Source: Patescibacteria group bacterium (GTDB taxonomy: Bacteria; Patescibacteriota; Minisyncoccia; GCA-002772825). Taken from it: a stretch of 53,835 bases of DNA. This document shows positions 50,845 to 53,835 of this stretch, one piece after another. The translations under genes and the position numbers were made by a program. Every line of letters begins with the position of its first letter. Within the stretch, counting starts at the first letter, position 1. The stretch lies in assembly GCA_024654625.1 (NCBI GenBank), contig JANLHB010000039.1:1-53835 (forward strand), given 5' to 3'. The notes under the pieces are model-generated. The model saw only the letters and a program-made list of their open reading frames with translations, was not told the origin of the DNA and searched no databases.

Positions 50845-51138
50845 ATGAATAATTTATTTTATAAAACAGCTCAAGCTGCGAGCCATATAACTACTGACGC
50901 AGATACTCTAATTAATAACATCGCTGTGAAGATTCTAAATCCTTTTATAGGGCTTATGATATCTGTCGCTCTTTTGTTATTTATTTACGGGGTTATAGAA
51001 TTTATCGCTGGCGCTGATAATGAAGATAAGAGAGCACAAGGCAAACAGCATATTATATGGGGAGTAGTAGGCCTATTTATAATGGTAGGGGTCTTTGGTC
51101 TAATTAGAATTATTATAAATTTCTGGAAAGGAATCTAA
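50845..51138 (+). CDS. Small 2-TM protein, VirB2/TrbC-pilin-like (paralog 4)
   Basis: TM1 - loop AGADNEDKRAQGKQH - TM2 (IIWGVVGL); closest in sequence to paralog 3. Confidence 0.5.
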   Translation: MNNLFYKTAQAASHITTDADTLINNIAVKILNPFIGLMISVALLLFIYGVIEFIAGADNEDKRAQGKQHIIWGVVGLFIMVGVFGLIRIIINFWKGI

Positions 51139-51173
51139 GGTTAAAAAGGTGAGACCTTTTGGGAGGGTAAAAC

Positions 51174-51236
51174 CCCGTCGCTCGCGAGCGACGGGGTAAA
51201 AAAATAGGCGGTGGGGAATTAACTTTCCCCACCGCC
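51174..51236. terminator. Two tandem GC-rich hairpins, bidirectional terminator
   Basis: ccccgtcgctcgcgagcgacgggg and ggcggtggggaattaactttccccaccgcc. Confidence 0.75.
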
Positions 51237-51247
51237 TTTGTGTTACA

Positions 51248-51976
51248 TTACGCCTTTTCTAGGAAGATCTCTATAGTCCCTCCTGACGACAGCCCTATTA
51301 CCTGGAAAAGGCCTTTTCTGGCTCCAAGCCAAACCTGCCTGCCTGGTCCGCCTATAAATTCAGCCCCATCTATGAAGCGGATCTTATAATCCGCGTTAGG
51401 GCGTGTCCTATAGGCAACGTTAGGAGGGAGTGTCACTTTCGTTGTGCAGTCGTGCCTGAACCGAACTATGACCTTTCCGGAAGGTTTTACTTTAGAGAAG
51501 TTATAGTTTTTGGCGCATGTGGGTATCGTTGGGGTCTGATCTGTCTTCGTATTCCAGCTCCACTCACCCACTAATGCCACTATATAGATCAACAGCAGGG
51601 TGAGTCCAGCGTTGAGGTGGAATCGAGCCTTTTTTCTCTGAATAGACTCCTCCCAGCTTTTTGCTGTCACACCGGTAAGCATATCAATGGCCATCATTGT
51701 AACAATAGCCATTGCTGTTAGTATCCAATTGTGAGTGAGGTATGGTCTTACCCATGAAACGTGGAATAGAATCCCAAAAAGCAGGATATAGCTTAATGGA
51801 ATTCCGGCACTCTCACGGAAACGCTCTATTGCCGTCTTTTTTCTCTCCTCTGCTTTTGTACTAGTTTCTTTTTTTCCGCTGACGGCTTTTAGCACCGTCG
51901 GAATTGCTCCTCTGGCATATATTTTAGTCAAAAGGATCAACAAGACGACTAGAAAGATGATTAGCTCTATATTCAT
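51248..51976 (-). CDS. Multi-TM membrane protein with C-terminal soluble domain, possibly an NfeD-like partner of the SPFH protein
   Basis: 4-5 TM helices then a ~100-aa C-terminal domain; start overlaps the SPFH stop; GGAGGG SD 4 nt upstream. Confidence 0.35.
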   Translation of the reverse strand: MNIELIIFLVVLLILLTKIYARGAIPTVLKAVSGKKETSTKAEERKKTAIERFRESAGIPLSYILLFGILFHVSWVRPYLTHNWILTAMAIVTMMAIDMLTGVTAKSWEESIQRKKARFHLNAGLTLLLIYIVALVGEWSWNTKTDQTPTIPTCAKNYNFSKVKPSGKVIVRFRHDCTTKVTLPPNVAYRTRPNADYKIRFIDGAEFIGGPGRQVWLGARKGLFQVIGLSSGGTIEIFLEKA

Positions 51977-53079
51977 TACTCCCTCCTATCCCTTTTTTCT
52001 CCTAAGCCTAAGGCAGAGCCTACGGCCATTATTTCTTTGAAGCCTTCGCTACCAACCACTATCGTTTTCTGTCCAGGGTTGGCAGTAATAGCTCTTGCTG
52101 TCTCAGCCCCGATTATAACATCAGAGGAAACATCAAGGGCTTTTTTCATATTAACTAATCCTTTTGTCCTTCCTCTGAGAATAGCTTCCTCAGCGGATCC
52201 ATCGCCTTCACCTAAGAGACGCTTCGCCTCTTTTTCTGCTCCCGCGCTTTTTACGCGAGCAATTGCTTTTAAAGTCGCCTCGGGAACATCTCCGACAGCG
52301 TCATTTAGTGTGTGGTGTAGGTTTATCATCTTTATCTGGGCCGTTTGCAACTCTACCCCCCACCCGTCTATCCGTTCTTGGATCTCTATGTGGAGCTCTT
52401 GACTGTATGTCCCAATGTTTGCCAACATTACAGCCGGCGTGATTTTAGCGGCCTCCCTAAAGACACAGCCAACAGCGCTATCTTCTATCTGCCTTATTGA
52501 TTCCTCCTTACTACCAATGGTAGTTAAGAAGAGGAGATAGTCAGTGATTTTCCAGCGGATTACTAATACAACCTCCGCGGTTATTCTCACATTAAGTGGG
52601 TCATCTACAGGAGGGATGATTAGCTGTTTTAGTCTGCTGATTTCCAATTTTTGTATTTCTTCCTCTGTCATCGGGGGTCCGAACGGAACCCGTATGGGTG
52701 GAAAAAGCCCATCGGGAACAAGACCATCCCCTCTGAATATCTTAGTAGGGTCACCCGGAATCTCGTCTTGTATCGTGAGACAAGTTTCTGTTTTGATTTG
52801 GCATATCCCAATAGGGGAGAACACTAAACCAGAAGACAGGTTGCTCACGGGTTTTCCAAAGATGAGTCTCGCCCCGAGCTCCGTTGGCCCTATTCTACGG
52901 AGACTTACTAAGGTGTAGAGTACAAGCGTTAGAAGCAGTGCCTGCCCCCAGTTTAAGGTCATTCCACTGATTGTCTTTGTGTAGGGGAGTAACAACAATC
53001 CTGTTATAAACAGCGTTATGTATATAGCCGCTGTTATTTTCCAAAACCATCCAATCTTCTTTATAAAGTTTTTCATCAC
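51976..53079 (-). CDS. SPFH/band-7 domain protein (stomatin/flotillin/HflK-like), membrane-anchored
   Basis: N-terminal 2 TM; SPFH core (VVLVIRWKITD..IEDSAVGCVFREA..QERIDGWGVEL..IKMINL); C-terminal coiled coil; canonical AAGGAGG SD 5 nt before ATG. Confidence 0.7.
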   Translation of the reverse strand: MMKNFIKKIGWFWKITAAIYITLFITGLLLLPYTKTISGMTLNWGQALLLTLVLYTLVSLRRIGPTELGARLIFGKPVSNLSSGLVFSPIGICQIKTETCLTIQDEIPGDPTKIFRGDGLVPDGLFPPIRVPFGPPMTEEEIQKLEISRLKQLIIPPVDDPLNVRITAEVVLVIRWKITDYLLFLTTIGSKEESIRQIEDSAVGCVFREAAKITPAVMLANIGTYSQELHIEIQERIDGWGVELQTAQIKMINLHHTLNDAVGDVPEATLKAIARVKSAGAEKEAKRLLGEGDGSAEEAILRGRTKGLVNMKKALDVSSDVIIGAETARAITANPGQKTIVVGSEGFKEIMAVGSALGLGEKRDRRE

Positions 53080-53273
53080 ATCCTCCTTTTATGCAGAAAG
53101 TTTTTAGGTTATTTAGATGTTAAAGAAACGTTATTTTCTGTTAAAATTATACATAAAAATGATAAAAAGTCAACGGCCAATGGTAATGTCCACACACATA
53201 TTGCACTTTTTTTAGATAATCCAAATTCCGTAAGGTGAGATCTTGAGGATATATTATTTTGGTTTATTGTCTA

Positions 53274-53344
53274 TGCGGGTAGGGAGAATCGAACTCCCGA
53301 CTCGTCCTTGGCAAGGACGTATTCTACCACTAAACCATACCCGC
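53274..53344 (-). tRNA. tRNA-Gly (anticodon GCC)
   Basis: Reverse complement gcgggta..anticodon loop ttGCCaa..T-arm gggagttcgattctccc..tacccgc. Confidence 0.85.
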
Positions 53345-53379
53345 AATTATTACTTTAAATTAATTCGTCTTATTACTGG

Positions 53380-53463
53380 TGCCGGGGAGAGGACTTGAAC
53401 CTCCACAGGATTGCTCCTACCAGCTCCTAAGGCTGGCGTGTCTGCCAATTTCACCACCCCGGC
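53380..53463 (-). tRNA. tRNA-Leu (anticodon TAG), long variable arm
   Basis: Reverse complement gccgggg..anticodon loop ctTAGga..long variable arm..ggttcaagtcc..ccccggc. Confidence 0.85.
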
Positions 53464-53760
53464 ATTTGTCTATACTATTTAATCACTTTTACTGCTTTTT
53501 GTCATGGGGATTCGGTCACGAATATCCGCCACGGGCGGATTTCTCGACCCCGTCTCGTCCGCCGCGGCGGACTCCGGCTTTAGAATCCCCGTGAGGGATT
53601 CGGTCATAAATATTTTATTTCATAAAATTTTACGACCCTGCCTCGGCCCGCGTTCTTTCGCTTCGCTTCAGAACGGCTTCGCGGACTCCGGCTTTCGAAT
53701 CCCTCACGGGACTAAAAAACATAATCGCCAAATACTCCGTATTTGTCTCATTGTTTTTTG

Positions 53761-53833
53761 TGCCCCGTGAGGGATTCGAACCCCCGACCATCTCCTTAAG
53801 AGGGAGCTGCTCTACCAACTGAGCTAACAGGGC
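53761..53833 (-). tRNA. tRNA-Lys (anticodon CTT)
   Basis: Reverse complement gccctgt tagctcagttggtagagc .. loop ctCTTaa .. gggggttcgaatccctc acggggc a. Confidence 0.8.
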
Positions 53834-53835
53834 AT

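Noticed and set aside
53480-53760. tmRNA (ssrA) or SRP RNA hypothesis for the GC-rich spacer, and SRP/6S hypothesis for 800-945
   Set aside because: No tmRNA tRNA-like ends (GGGG...UUCGA...CCACCA framing an ORF with tag peptide), no SRP domain IV motifs (GGAA/AGCAGC), no RNase P P4 motifs could be recognised by eye. Left as unidentified structured elements.

Overview
AT-rich (~33-35% GC) window from a small, streamlined bacterial genome; gene content suggests a CPR/Patescibacteria-like organism. Compact housekeeping genes on both strands: trxB, dsbA-like, ftsZ-ftsA-ybeY-rpsU, hisS, lepB, pth, rpsA, glyA-folD, secDF, gyrA, a SEDS protein, a two-component pair and several exported or surface proteins. 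The rRNA genes are unlinked: 23S-5S lies at about 17.1-21.2 kb and 16S-tRNA-Ile at about 33.9-36.7 kb on the same strand. Both rRNA genes carry insertions: an ORF-less group I-type intron in 23S, a LAGLIDADG-encoding intron in 16S, and palindromic intervening sequences including two near-identical 166-nt copies in 23S. Six tRNAs are present, and three of the tRNA loci carry partial tRNA duplications nearby. The 16S 3' end lacks the CCUCC anti-Shine-Dalgarno sequence, and most genes have TATAAT directly upstream of ATG with no SD. Candidate accessory or novel content: (1) a REP-associated tyrosine transposase (RAYT) flanked by GTGCAC palindromes, with related palindromes elsewhere, one inserted in-frame in glyA; (2) a TraD/VirD4-like ATPase translationally coupled to a dual lamin-tail-domain membrane protein; (3) a tandem array of four paralogous VirB2/TrbC-like small 2-TM proteins; (4) a GC-richer SPFH two-gene cassette with canonical SDs next to a tRNA cluster; (5) a 1420-aa multi-domain surface protein and an 817-aa beta-helix/C39-like protein. 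No CRISPR array is present.
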